In this document: piece by piece, positions 42,798 to 56,515 of the stretch | Numbering within the stretch: position 1 is the stretch's first letter | Layout of the letters: the number at the start of each line of letters is the position of its first letter | Origin: Octopus vulgaris | Taxonomy: Eukaryota | DNA: 64,000 nt | Assembly: GCA_951406725.2 (NCBI GenBank) | Contig: OX597829.1 | Span: 10,850,001-10,914,000 of the forward strand | Reading direction: 5' to 3' | The notes under the pieces: generated by a model | What the model was told of the DNA's origin: nothing | The model's input: only the letters and a program-made list of their open reading frames with translations | Database searches by the model: none | Program-made: the position numbers and the translations under genes

Positions 42798-42852
42798 CTT
42801 ATATTAAGATGACATATGTATGTACGTATACAAACACGCACACACTTACATA

Positions 42853-42905
<53 letters not shown>

Positions 42906-43198
42906 CGACATCAAAATGTCACCAGACACACACAGATAACACTCATACAGACACACGCAAATAGAACTACGCAATATTATTCAATAGTATGTGACATGAT
43001 ATACACACAGTAAATCAATTGCTGACCTCAATATATACATACAGGATATAAATACCTCACATTATACAACATAAATCAGCGATATCACACTATATCATAA
43101 ATCAATGATATCACTGTATATTCATTCAATCATACATCAATGAACATGTACAATACATACATACATACATCATATACATACATTTGTGTGTGTGTATA

Positions 43199-43312
<114 letters not shown>

Positions 43313-43314
43313 TA

Positions 43315-43356
<42 letters not shown>

Positions 43357-43475
43357 TATATATATACATATATATTCATATATATGTATGTATATATATA
43401 TACGCATACGACAATCAATCTTCTATTTTATACACACACACATAACGTACATACAGGAATATATACATACATTAA

Positions 43476-43522
<47 letters not shown>

Positions 43523-44076
43523 CGTGTGCACACATAAATATCTGTGTGTTTACAGATATAGATAAATATGTAGATGCATATAACTGTATACGTATGTATG
43601 CATGCATGCATGTATGTATGTATGCATGTATGTATGTATGTATGTATGTATGTATGTATGTATGTGTGTGTATGTATGTATGTATGTGTGTACATGTATC
43701 TATGTATGTATGTATGTACGTATTTATGGATGGATATATGTATATATGTATGTATGTATTATGTATGTATGTATGTATGTATATATGTATGTATAGACAC
43801 ACGTACATACACACATATTTACATATATAAAAACACGTATAATATAATATGCACATATAATTGCCTGCATACATAGGGATGTTTGGAAATACACAGATAA
43901 ACAAATATAATTTTGCTAAAAGCGTTATATATTTATGCGCTCACACATACATATTACACACTTACTTTTACAATACATATACGCCTACGTTTACATATAT
44001 ATGTCTATGTATATCTACACACAGAAACATGTACACATATATGCACGTGAATGTTTATTTATGTCTATGGATATAA

Positions 44077-44110
<34 letters not shown>

Positions 44111-44164
44111 CATATATAATATTATATATACACACATCCATGTATATACACACACACATCCGTG

Positions 44165-44202
<38 letters not shown>

Positions 44203-44479
44203 CATACATTCATACACACACAGAAGTATGTTTGTGTGTAAACTCACAAACGCATTGATCTCTCCACAGACAGTGAGACATACACCAGAAACAGTTCATT
44301 TATGAAGATAGATGTCGTTTGTATTTTTCTGTTCTTTTCCACAAACAAAATGGCTACAGTTTTATCAGGATTTGCTAATCGGGTTATGGGCAGGGCCCAG
44401 GTCTGCTACATTTGCTGAGAGACCACACCCTCATGAGAAGAGTGATGGTACCGGTTTCTACCTGAATATCTGTCACTCA

Positions 44480-44860
44480 ATTTGCTCGGAGGTGGTGGTG
44501 GTGGTGGTGCTGGTGATGGTGGTGGTGGTGCTGGTGCTGGTGGTGCTGGTGGTGCTGGTGGTAATGGGTTTGAATCGTTGTCATTATGGGTTTCGTTACG
44601 GGTCAATGTTCTATTGTCATTGCTTGGAGCTGTTAGTGGTGGTAGTGGCTATGGTGGAGTCGGTGTGAGTAGTGCTGATGACGGTGGTAACGATGATCGT
44701 GATTTGGTGAGGGATTTATTGATAGTAATGCTGTTGGTAGCGGTGATACTGATGGTGATGGTGGTGGTGGTGGTTTCGGTGGTGGCGGTGTTTCTATTAG
44801 TATTAGTGGAAACGGCAGTGCTGGTATAATGATGTTGGTAGTAGTGATGGGGAGCGCGGT
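44480..44860. repeat. Degenerate (GGT)n low-complexity tract
   Basis: Read directly from the sequence. Confidence 0.8.
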
Positions 44861-45094
44861 GCGGGGAATCGAGCTGATTAAGATCAAAGACATTCCTACC
44901 GTGACCAACTAGCCATTTTTTCTTATGTGCAGGGAACTCAACAGCGTCATTTTCTCTTTCTTTTTTTTGCTTTTGTTTGTTATGTATTTGTTTCTTTCTC
45001 TGTCAGATTGCAGAGTAAGATATTATTTGATAAAGTTTAAACTGCATTTTCCAACACGTCTAGTAACCACCGTGAGGCTCTCTCGTTGGCTTAT

Positions 45095-45127
<33 letters not shown>

Positions 45128-45738
45128 ACTATTGTCATCGTCGTCGTAGTCATTTAGCCTCAAGCTGATAATTAGAAACGTCGAATCAATGAATGAAGTG
45201 AAATGTCAACTGTCGAGAGTAGCCACGGTGACACGAGTTTAAGTCTCCGAGCATTCATTTTCGACATAGAAACACAATAGACACGATATGATTTATTTTA
45301 GATGCCGACACACGAATGGCGTGGACGATGGACAATATCTTTAAAGACTGGACTGACAGATACCTTCAGACATATTGAAGTATATATATTAGCCATACAG
45401 TTGCCTCATTTCAACGTTAATTAGAAGTAACATATTTTAATGATGACAGAATTAAGAAACTTTAATTACAAACAACTATGCGGTGAGATGTCAATACTAG
45501 TTTTGACAGAATCGTTGGAACTTCGAAAGATGTTTTGAAGTATCTTTATTTTTTCAGACACTTCGCATTCTGAATTCAAATCTCACCGAGGCCAACTTTG
45601 TCTTTTATTATATAAGTTCGGTAAAATAAAGTACTACTCTTCAACTAGTATGAATTTTATCGGCAATTTCCGGCATAGTGCTATAAAGGAGAAGGGGTTA
45701 TTATCATTATTATTATTATTAGTAGTAGTAGTAGTATT

Positions 45739-45779
<41 letters not shown>

Positions 45780-46258
45780 TATGCATATATACACACAACA
45801 GATTAGATTGTTGGAAAAGAAAAAAAATCCTTACATCGGGCTACAACAAGCAACTTGAGATGCCAAGAACCCTCCTAAGTATCCAAGCCGTTCCTGATAA
45901 CAGTTTTTCTGGAACTGTACTAAACTGGGTTTTATGCCTATTTCCTCTATCAATTTGTTCAAACCTTTACGAGTAGCTCCCAATGCACCTATAACTACTG
46001 GAATACATTTTATCCGCACTTTTCATAGTCTCTGTAATTCAGTAGTTAGGTCCTGGTACTTTGCTATTTTTCTGTACCTCTCATATTGATATTTTCATAA
46101 TTTAGAACTGTAAAGTCAATTATGTGGCACTTTCTATTCTCTTTATCTACTCCTACCACATCAGGCCTTCTAGCTTCTATTACACTGTCAGTCTGAATAT
46201 TAAAGTCCCACAACATCTTATATTTCTTACTTTCTAATATTTTACTAGGTTCATATTC
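45780..46258 (-). mobile_element. 3' fragment of an R4/Dong-like LINE (RLE domain)
   Basis: RPDVVGVDKENRKCHIIDF and CIPVVIGALGAT; (GAT)n/(TAA)n tail. Confidence 0.8.
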
Positions 46259-46269
46259 ATTTTATATTT

Positions 46270-48745
46270 ATTTCACTAGACTCAGGCACCTGAATCAGCT
46301 GAGCCTCTCAAAATCCAAGGCCAAGTGACCTTTTTCTATTTTATTTCTCCGATAAACATGGTCATTTCTAGTGGGGTGCATGAATATTCCTGGCCTGGGG
46401 TCAGCTTGGAAGCAAGATCACTTGCTAAACGACCTCAGGTCGCTCGATGTGGGTGCAATTAGCGAGACAAGCATTTCTAATGCGCAAGTACTAGCACCCA
46501 TTTTCTATGACTATGAGAAATTCTTATCCTATAGTCTGTCGGAAGCAGGCGGCGGGATAGCAGGGCTATTCCGAAAATCCTTAGATGTCGAAGTAAAGGC
46601 AATTTTGGACCCGGGCAGCAGGTTGGTAGTCCTAGACGGGAATGGTAGCGAAGGTGCCGCCGTTAGACTGGTGGTCGTCTATGCAGTGACAGGAGCTGGA
46701 AGGCCAGAAATTTTCAGGCGTCTAGAAACATTCCTGGGAATGTCTCGCAGTTTAGTAGTAGCAGGGGACTGGAATGGGATTTTGGATGCACTGAAGAAGG
46801 ACTGTGTGGGGCTAGTACACAGAAGAAGGGGATGCAAAAGCCTCGAAAACCTACTCAGAGACTTCCAATTGTCTGATAGGTATCGACTGGATTTCCCTGA
46901 TGTGCTAGTGTGAACATGAAGCAACCACAATGAGTCATCTAGAATGTATCTAGGTAGAATATTTGTTAGGTCAGAGGATAGGGACAGTGTAGATTGTTTA
47001 CAATTTAAATTGATCTGCTACACAGACCACAAGTTTTCGATCTGCAGAGTCGAGTTAGAAAGGGCCCGTAGACAGGAACCCAGTTACTGGAAGTAAAATG
47101 TTCCCTTTCTGGTACACAAACTACAGGGACTGGACTAGTGAACTAGTTAAGGGCAGTGTCGGCATACGTGGACGACGTCATCGTCATGGTGTCGTACGCC
47201 TCCGAAGTGGAGACGGTCGGCAACATCCTAAAAGAATATGAGTCAGTGGAAAGGGCGAAAATCAACACCGACAAATCGGTAGGTTTGTGGTTGGACTTCT
47301 GAAGAGGCAATACGATGCTATCGGGCGGCATCACTGGACGCTGGACCGACGGACCAGTTAAACTGTTCGGGGTTTGGTTTGGTCCCGACCTTCAGGCTGA
47401 TAAGTACTGAGACGAGGTGGCGAACAGGGTGGCCAGTCTTACTCAGAAATGGGATGAGAGAGAAAGCTGTCCCTGAAAAGTTGGGCTGAGGTGGCGAATA
47501 CTTACATTGCCCAGCTCCGTTATCATTTATTGACTGACCGTTGTGCCTTGTCCCGCTTACTGCTTGGCCAAGTTAGAGCTTCTCTTATTTAAATTCTTGT
47601 GGAAGGGACTCGTTCCAATGGTCAGGCGATCAGTCTGTTGCCAATATCTTCTGAGTGGCATGCCGTGGCTCCTAATGCGCAGACACGCTCTAAGGTTGCC
47701 CACCTGCAACGATTTCTGGACGGTGAGCGTGTGTGAGGCTTATCTCCGTTTGTGAGGCTCGCCCTTCTGCAGCTCGTCTCCTTGAAGTATCTAGAGTCCT
47801 ATGTGAAGAAAAGACCGAGACTGGGCGTCTAGCACCTAGAATATCGTCAGGCTCTCACAACCCTCTACCAGTCGGGTAATGGAATCGGTGGATGTTCCGC
47901 TTTAGACATTTATAGAGGATTAGTGACGGGGAAGTACGAAGAAGTTCTCGGGGCGACTCTGGACGACGACGAGAACGAACTGATAAATCTGTTCCGGAGG
48001 ACTTCCAGTCGGGAACTATTATGGATAATTTCCAGATGCCCTTGGCCTGGCAGTGCTAATGGGGAGCGCTACTGGTTCGAGATAACCTCTACATGTTCGG
48101 AGGTGCTGTCAGACGGACTTGTCCGAGGTGGCGCAGAGTGACGAAACCATTCTTCACGCACTCGTTCAGTGTCCGGGCATTGTTGTCTTCTGGGATTATG
48201 TTGAACAGCTACTGCCACATGTGGGACGGATCCGTCTGTCGGTCTGTAGTAATGATTTGGAGCCACCCTCCTTCAATCGGGTAGGCAAGGCAGTTTTCCT
48301 TTACTTGGTAGCTGTGGCGAAAGAGGTTGCTTGGTGGACAAGGCTGAAAAGCTTGAGGACAGACACATTCCTCTTTGGTAGAGCTGTCATTTACTTTTTC
48401 AAGTTTCCCTTGAAAAAGAAATTGAGAATGGAGAGAGAAGTGCTGTCCTGGAGTGAGTTTATTGAAAGGTGGGTAAAAGTTTCGAAAATAGCAAGAGTGG
48501 ATGGTACCTCTCTAAGTGTAGACCTGAGAGCCGGAGAGAAGGAATTGGAGAGGGCACAGGGAAATCTCGGACAGTGAGGTTCCTCAATTATCCCTAGAAG
48601 ACTTCCTTGTGTATACTTTCTTTCCTTCTTCCTTTCCTTCTTTATTCCTTTCTTTCTTATCATTTCATTATATGTAAACGCCCCACACTTTATTTCTGTT
48701 TTTGCATTGTCCCCATCATACTTCGCTCTTGAGGCAAATAAATTA
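46270..48745 (+). mobile_element. Degraded, internally deleted L1/Tx1-like LINE
   Basis: APE motifs (MNIPGL, AISET, AGDWNGILD, TDH), then a jump to SAYVDDV, LFGVWFGP and the zf-RVT region (DETILHALVQC); AATAAA then (CAT)n. Confidence 0.85.
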
Positions 48746-49339
48746 AATCATCATCATCATCATCATTATTATTATTGTAGTAGCAGTAGCAGTAGTAGTA
48801 GTGGTGGTGGTGGTAGTAGTAGTAATAGTAGTAGTAGTTGTTGTAGTAGTAGTAGTAGTAGTAGTAGCAGCAGTGGTAGTAGTAGTAGTGGTAGTGGTAG
48901 TGGTAGCAGTGGCAGGAGCAGCAGTAGTAGTAGGAGTAGTAGTAGTAGTTTTGATTCAAGCAAACATACCACACGATGAAATGCATGTTAATGTACATAT
49001 GTGAACATGACTCCCTGACCTGTAAACTGCTGAGAAGTTCGTTTCGAAACCATGTGTTTCCTGGTAGATCTTACTCTGCAGTAACTTGGACACATGTATT
49101 TTTTTTACCACAGCCTTTTCAATGGAATCTGGTAGAAACTGAAGACCGTTGTATACTTATAAATAATCACGCATACGAGATTGCGCACAAACATTCATAT
49201 AGTCACATGCATACACATGCACACACACACACATATATATATATGTGTGTATATATATATAAACGTCTACATATACACACACGCACACACATTCAAACGT
49301 ACATGCATTCATATATATATATCTATATATATATATATA

Positions 49340-49386
<47 letters not shown>

Positions 49387-49412
49387 AAATGTATATATGG
49401 ATATACATACAT

Positions 49413-49462
<50 letters not shown>

Positions 49463-49509
49463 AAAAAGTCAAGATAGGAAATGCTAAAATAATTTTATAA
49501 AAAACATTT

Positions 49510-49545
49510 CAGTACCAGTTTCGGTCATTGAGACTTTTTCAACTG
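49510..49545 (-). ncRNA. Degenerate minimal hammerhead, U3-A8 variant
   Basis: cag TTGAAAA agtc tcaat gacc GAAA ctgg TA ctg; first pair of stem II mismatched; lies between (TA)n tracts. Confidence 0.55.
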
Positions 49546-49548
49546 TAA

Positions 49549-49601
<53 letters not shown>

Positions 49602-49605
<4 letters not shown>

Positions 49606-50165
49606 GCTGTGAAGAAAGTTCTTGTGGAATGATGTATTTTCAAATTAATTTTCAATATATTACTTTGACTTTATATATAATTTTAAAGCCCGTTTCTCAC
49701 TCTATCTAATCGTGTTACTCTTTTCCTTCTTGAATGATTAGGCCATTTTTCCGGAACGTTGAATACAACATGGACAAAAAGCAAATTTGCACAATTTCTT
49801 ATTCCAGTTAAAGCTAGGCCGAAAAGCTGGTGAAACAGCTCGCGATATCAACGATGCGTTTGGCCCAGAAGCACAATGGTGGTTCAAGAAATTTCGTAGC
49901 GGTGACGAGAGTCTTGAAGATAATAAACGTAGTGGTCGCCCATCCTAAGTCGAAGCCAGCCACGCACAACTGTTCGAGAGCTTGCTTCTGAATTAGACGT
50001 GACGTATACGACAATTTCCAACCGCTTGAAAGAGATTGGGAAAACAAAAATACTTGAGAAATGGGTACCGCACAAACTGAACGACAACACCCCCCACAAA
50101 AAAAAAATAAATAATAACTCCCGTTTTGAAGAGTCGTCTTCCCTTCTTTTACGCAACATGAATTA
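49602..50165 (+). pseudogene. Mariner transposase 5' remnant
   Basis: MDKKQI...KAGETARDINDAFG...QWWFKKFRSGDESLEDNKRSGRP...WVPHKL. Confidence 0.85.
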
Positions 50166-50308
50166 CCCGTAAATACTAAAGAATTACTCTTTAGTATTTC
50201 AAGATATTTATGTGTAATTTTGGTAAATATAACTGTTCAAATGTAATTTTCATTTTTCCGTGATTTAGACACAATATATTCACCACACCCTCTGTGTGTG
50301 TGTGTGTG

Positions 50309-50350
<42 letters not shown>

Positions 50351-50362
50351 GCGTATATATGC

Positions 50363-50409
<47 letters not shown>

Positions 50410-50514
50410 CATTTAAATATTTGTTGTGCAAGATTTTTTATGTGAAGTCGTGTGTTATATTTCGGAATGGTCATATTGCCAGTTTAGCCAATAAAAACAC
50501 ACGCACTATATATA

Positions 50515-50811
50515 GAGGGACGATGCAGTAACAAGACAGTAACATACGTAGGGGAAACAGCAAGAAGCATTGTTGAGCGGGTGAATGGACATTGGAGACA
50601 ACTCAAGGAAGGTAAAAGCTCATCGATTCTGTACCAACACGCTGAACAAGAACACGGGGGATCAATCAATAACATAGAGATTAAGATATTGTCCACACAT
50701 AGAACAGATGCAACAATTAGACAAATTACAGAAGCTACACATATAATAGAAAATAAACCTAGCCTGAATAGAAAACTAGAATGGAGCAATAGCGCACACC
50801 ACAACATATGA
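50515..50811 (+). CDS. GIY-YIG endonuclease C-terminal part (truncated upstream copy)
   Basis: YVGETARSIVERVNGH...ILYQHAEQEH...RQITEATHI...PSLNRKLEW. Confidence 0.85.
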   Translation, partial: EGRCSNKTVTYVGETARSIVERVNGHWRQLKEGKSSSILYQHAEQEHGGSINNIEIKILSTHRTDATIRQITEATHIIENKPSLNRKLEWSNSAHHNI

Positions 50812-50923
50812 CGATAGTGGATCCTGCAAACATAATAAATACACAGATAATTAAAGAAATAGAAATGAATAACTATATATATGTATATGTGTATGTATAT
50901 GTGTATATATGTGTGTATATATG

Positions 50924-51016
<93 letters not shown>

Positions 51017-51334
51017 TTCAATTAGATTTATTATTATTATTACTAATATTGTTGTTATACATACATACAAGCATATGTAATAATAATAATGGGTGGATGT
51101 AAACACATGAACAAAATTAGAACAAAAGCAACAACAACAAAAACAAAATTCAAATTACAAGAATGTATATATAACCAGAAGATACAAATATTACAGGCAT
51201 CCCCCTCACACACACACTAAATAAACATAGACGCACATAGAGATATAAGCATGCGCAAATGAAGACATACAATAGAAATACAAAATGGCTGACGGTTAGT
51301 AAGGAGAGACACAAGTAAGTGAGAAGAAAACAAA

Positions 51335-51379
51335 GGACCACTGATGCGGTCACAGGAGTGTGACGAAAGAACTTTGGCC
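51335..51379 (+). ncRNA. Hammerhead-like motif in the Neptune terminal repeat (A9>C variant); duplicate at 55518-55562
   Basis: ggacca CTGATGC g gtcaca-ggag-tgtgac GAAA gaac TT tggcc. Confidence 0.6.
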
Positions 51380-51475
51380 GAAATAAGATTAAGATTAATG
51401 TAAAAAATAAATATCACTGAAGCAAAATAACACCAAATATATAGTGCGTGTGTTTTTATTGGCTAAACTGGCAAT

Positions 51476-52588
51476 ATGACCATTCCGAAATATAACAATA
51501 TCTGTTTCAACACACGACTTCACATAAAAAATCTTGCACAACAAATATTTAAACGTACTAACGTGAGCCACAGCCAGGCTTGCAAGATGCTGAAGAACAC
51601 TATATTTTGTTGCCTAAAGAAAACTGTGACAACGCAACAGCTTCGTTTTATAAAACAATGTGTCTCGTCCAGGATATGTATCAACAAGGTCACAGCCAAC
51701 GTTAAACGGCTTGACCTCACTAACGGACAAGCGGAAAGACTAAAAAGGACGCTAATGGTAAATATTAGAAATAGAATATACAGAGAGCTGAGCGAACAAG
51801 AGAAGCGTAAACGTATATTTTTAAAAGAAATTAAAAGTATCACCACACGAAAGGAGAAAACCTTACTAATGGATATAATATATGAAGAAAACAGACATGT
51901 AATACACCAATGCAATATCCATTGGTGTATTAAGAGGAAGTTATCGTGGTTGAAACAGAAACGTCAATATGAGCTCGCAAAGGAAGAAAAGCAGAAGTAT
52001 CCAGATACAATAAATGGAATTATTATGGAAGATGTGCTACTACCAGAAGAGTTTAATAAAGACAATGAAGCGAACATCTATGGGGGAGTAACAACGGACC
52101 CGGATGAAATATCGATACTTCAACTACCACCAAAGTATGCAGTGTATAGTAAGGTGAATACCATCAAATGCCTGTCCGAGATTGAAAAGTCGTTCACAAA
52201 AATACGTTGGAATTTAAATAGATACTATGACAACAACACTTGCGACAACAACAACAACGCGAAAAACACTAACCGCAGCAACAACAACACAAACAATAAT
52301 GACCGCAACGATAACAACCGTAGCAACAAAAGCAACACGAACCCTAACAGCGGCAACAACAACAACACGAACCCTAACAGCGGCAACAACAACAACAATA
52401 GAAAAAATATATGCATAGACACAAACAATAGATACAAAAACAAAAACACAAACAGAGAGAGAAAAATCGTATACAACAGCAACAACAACAACAATTATAG
52501 GGAGAACCGACAAACAAACACACACACAGATAGCCATAGTCACAAAGACACGAATAAAAGTTGTCATAGGGGTCACGATGGAGAATAA
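51476..52588 (+). CDS. N-terminal part of the Penelope-like ORF
   Basis: ATG lies inside the terminal repeat; basic N-terminus with EISILQLPPKYAV, then an Asn-rich tract; frame changes near 52580. Confidence 0.75.
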   Translation: MTIPKYNNICFNTRLHIKNLAQQIFKRTNVSHSQACKMLKNTIFCCLKKTVTTQQLRFIKQCVSSRICINKVTANVKRLDLTNGQAERLKRTLMVNIRNRIYRELSEQEKRKRIFLKEIKSITTRKEKTLLMDIIYEENRHVIHQCNIHWCIKRKLSWLKQKRQYELAKEEKQKYPDTINGIIMEDVLLPEEFNKDNEANIYGGVTTDPDEISILQLPPKYAVYSKVNTIKCLSEIEKSFTKIRWNLNRYYDNNTCDNNNNAKNTNRSNNNTNNNDRNDNNRSNKSNTNPNSGNNNNTNPNSGNNNNNRKNICIDTNNRYKNKNTNRERKIVYNSNNNNNYRENRQTNTHTDSHSHKDTNKSCHRGHDGE

Positions 52589-55050
52589 AGTTGAATGCAA
52601 CAGGATCCTTGGACAGGGAGTCAGCGGACTTGAAACAGATAACAATACTCATAGGAACAAAAATAACGACCGCAACAGGGGGAATGACAGGGACCAACAG
52701 ACAGACATAAAACCCAACACTAATATAAACAACACATATACCAGAAACAGGAACAATGAATATATCACTAGCGATGATAGTAATAATGGCAATAGTAGAA
52801 ATAAAGGTAATAACAATAATAGTGGTAGTAGTAGTGGTGATGGTAACAGTAGAAGTAGTAATGAGGATAGTAGTGATAGTTGTGGTGGTAATAGGAATAC
52901 TAGTAGTAGTAGTAGTGGTAATGGTGATAATAATAATAGGAAGGCTGATGTTGGAAACAGTAACGATAATGAAGATAACCCTAGAGAGACCATTGACATG
53001 TATACCCATCCCTTTGACACTCAATTCTTCAACGTATGCGACAAAACTTACTGCATGAACCGAATATATCCAACAACATTACCCTTCAACAAAAGAGTAT
53101 ACATCCCTAGACGTACTAATGACCACATGGAAGCACAGTTCACTATAGCTAGGACCAAACTTAGACAGATTTTAGGATTATACATTAAGAGACAGAGACA
53201 GAATAAGACAGATGCCCAACAACTCGGGATTAAACCTGCATGTGGCCTACAGAAGCTCATTCAGCGCACGAGGAACGGAGAGGTGATATGCCTTCCCACG
53301 GATAAGTCCGGCAGGATGTCAATAGACAGCTTACCGAACTACATCCAGGCAATGCAACCTCATATCGCCAATACAAATGTAACAACTGTACAGGCGCATG
53401 AGGAGAGAGAAAAGGTCCTCAATGCCCACATGATGATGTGGACAATTGTTCTAGGACCTCAGAAACGTACTGCAAGGAATTTCCAAGCCTGGAACAATGA
53501 TATCCCGGCACTGTATGGACTTCGCAAGGACCATAAAGGTTTTACTGACCCTATATCAGGACCACCAACAAGACCAGTCTGTGGAGCGAATATCGCTAGC
53601 AATTACAGAATCTCCTACTTCCTCTCAATGATCATACGCCCTATAATCAGGATGTCACCTGATGTGTGTGACAGCACAGAAGATCTCCTAAGCAGGATCA
53701 GTGACTGTAACAAAACTTGTGACTTGACAGGATGTATAGTAGGTAGCATGGATGTGGTATCCCTATACCTATCGATTGACGTAGATTTTGCAGTGGAGAA
53801 GTGCGTGGAGATGATCAACGAGAGCCAGGTGGAGTTCTGTAATGTCGACACAGAAGAACTGGGCCTCCTACTTAGACTGACATATAATAGTGAATACTTA
53901 GATAAACATAATCTTAGTAGTTTCTGCCCCAGTAGATGTTTAAGAGGTAGACCGCCTACAATTACTTCTATGGCTAGGAAGACACATATAGAAAGATGGC
54001 GCGGATGGACCAGAGCCATACGGAGCCCCGCAAATGTCCATCAGGTAAAGAAAATGATCGCACATGCACTAGGAGCTAGTATAAGAGTTACCCTAAAAGG
54101 CCACACATTTAAATTTAATAATAAAATATATGCCCAGGACGAGGGGGCAGCCATAGGTGTTAGTATCGCTGGTGATGTGGCCAACCTCTTCATGGTATGG
54201 TGGGACAGAAGGCTTAAAGAATGCCTACTGCAGAAATCCATACTCGTAAACATGTACTTTCGCTATGTTGATGATATCAATATAGTAGTAAAGGCACCCC
54301 CACAAGAGAGTAATGTTGATATAGTAATAGAAACTAATACTATGGAGAGCATCCAGCAAATAGCTAACTCCATCCATCAGAGTATTAAGGTCACAATAGA
54401 CTACCCCACTAAACACCCCAACCATAGACTACCAGTACTAGACACTGAACTCTGGCTAGAAATTGTGAAAAATAAAACCCAAATCCTTCATTCATACTAT
54501 GCAAAACCTATGGCCTCAAAATACCTGATCCACCGGAACTCAGCCATTGCGGGCAATGCCAAATTCAATATTTTGATGGCAGACCTCGTCAGAATAATGA
54601 GAAATGTGTCACGCATGTGCGAGCCTACAGAATTAAAGAGACACATACAGTATTTCATTCACCGCATGCAGTTCTCAGGTTACAGCCATAAAGAAAGGGT
54701 CAGAGTATACAAAGGAGCCATGAAGAAATTTGATAATATATTATGTAATGATAGGAATGGGATTTGCCCACTCTATAGGAACAAGTCATGGAACACTATA
54801 GAAAGGACAAAAAAGAAAATAGGGAAGGCCAACTCTTGGTATGATAGCCATAAATACCAGAGTGTCATGTTCGTTGACACCACCCCTGGAGGTGAACTGG
54901 CGTACCGCTTTAGAAGGACCCTAGATAAACTTAAACTAAGAATTAAGGTTGTTGAAAAGCCAAGCAACCCTATCAGATCTATAATTGGTAGAAGCTATCC
55001 ATTTAGTAGAACTCTCTGTACGGATAACTTTTGCACTGTATGTAGATTTA
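52578..55050 (+). CDS. Penelope-like reverse transcriptase with Cys linker; endonuclease missing
   Basis: [31 protein letters not shown]...[19 protein letters not shown] and CTDNFCTVC, then the ORF runs into (TA)n. Confidence 0.92.
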
Positions 55051-55080
55051 GATATATGTGTATATATGTGTGTATATATG

Positions 55081-55179
<99 letters not shown>

Positions 55180-55689
55180 ATATTTTTTTTTTTTTTTTTT
55201 TTTTAATTAGATTTATTATTATTATTACTAATATTGTTGTTATACATACATACAAGCATATGTAATGATAATAATGGGTGGATGTAAACACATGAACAAA
55301 ATTAGAACAAAAGCAACAACAACAAAAACAAAATACAAATTACAAGAATGTATATAACCAGAAGATACAAATATTACAGGCATCCCCCTCACACACACAC
55401 TAAATAAACATAGACGCACATAGAGATATAAGCATGCGCAAATGAAGACATACAATAGAAATACAAAATGGCTGACGGTTAGTAAGGAGAGACACAAGTA
55501 AGTGAGAAGAAAACAAAGGACCACTGATGCGGTCACAGGAGTGTGACGAAAGAACTTTGGCCGAAATAAGATTAAGATTAATGTAAAACATAAATATCAC
55601 TGAAGCAAAATAACACCAAATATATAGTGCGTGTGTTTTTATTGGCTAAACTGGCAATATGACCATTCCGAAATATAACAATATATACA

Positions 55690-55720
<31 letters not shown>

Positions 55721-55745
55721 ATACATACATATATATATATATACA

Positions 55746-55799
<54 letters not shown>

Positions 55800-55804
<5 letters not shown>

Positions 55805-56130
55805 TAGATAAACTTAGATGTGTTTCGACCAATGATTGGTCCAGGCCATGTCTAACTTAATAGCACCACCTGATAGGATTATTTGAATCCTGTTTAAGTC
55901 AAGTTTTGTTTATGGTCCATTCAAGTAGTGAGTTTTTGTTGGGTGAGTTGTATCCAATTATGGGTGGCTTATCTGGTATTCTTTGAAGGAATCTATCCAG
56001 ACTCCGTTTAAAGTTGATGGAATCCTGTTCCTCTTTGATCTCTTTCGGGACAATGTTAAATAGGGCAGGGCCTGTTGAGGAAAAGAAATTATGTTGTAGT
56101 GTATAAGTATGCTGTGATCTTAAGTATGGT

Positions 56131-56133
<3 letters not shown>
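55800..56133 (-). mobile_element. 3' fragment of a CR1-like LINE
   Basis: [16 protein letters not shown]...[16 protein letters not shown]; 3' stem-loop and repeated TCTAAGTTTA tail. Confidence 0.75.
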
Positions 56134-56228
<95 letters not shown>

Positions 56229-56286
56229 CATATATATATACATATATATATATATACACACACATATATATATATATATATATATC

Positions 56287-56515
56287 GGCGAGCTGGCAGA
56301 AACGTTAGCACACCGGGCGAAATGCGTAGCCGTATTTCGTCTGCCGTTACATTCTGAGTTCAAATTCCGCCGAGGTCGACTTTGCCTTTCAACCTTTCGG
56401 GGTCGATAAATTGAGTACTATTTACGCACTGGGATCGATGTAATCGACTTAATCCGTTTGTCGGTCCTTGTTTTCCCCCCACCCCCGTGTTTAGCCCCTT
56501 GTGGGTAGTAAAGAT
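56287..56515 (+). mobile_element. SINE family A variant
   Basis: Intact A and B boxes, inserted in (TA)n. Confidence 0.85.

Larger units (their letters stand above)
50411..55684 (+). mobile_element. Penelope-like element (Neptune-type): inverted 5' fragment, partial tandem copy, direct terminal repeats
   Basis: 50411-50514 inverts 51437-51553; direct repeats at about 51010-51501 and 55195-55684; RT ORF between them; flanked by TA-rich microsatellite. Confidence 0.92.

Noticed and set aside
44406-44908. Gly-rich and Pro-rich ORFs
   Set aside because: Degenerate (GGT)n tract with no domain or splice evidence.
55820-55850. Minus-strand hairpin followed by GAAAC
   Set aside because: No CUGANGA-like core; better explained as the CR1-like LINE 3' stem-loop.
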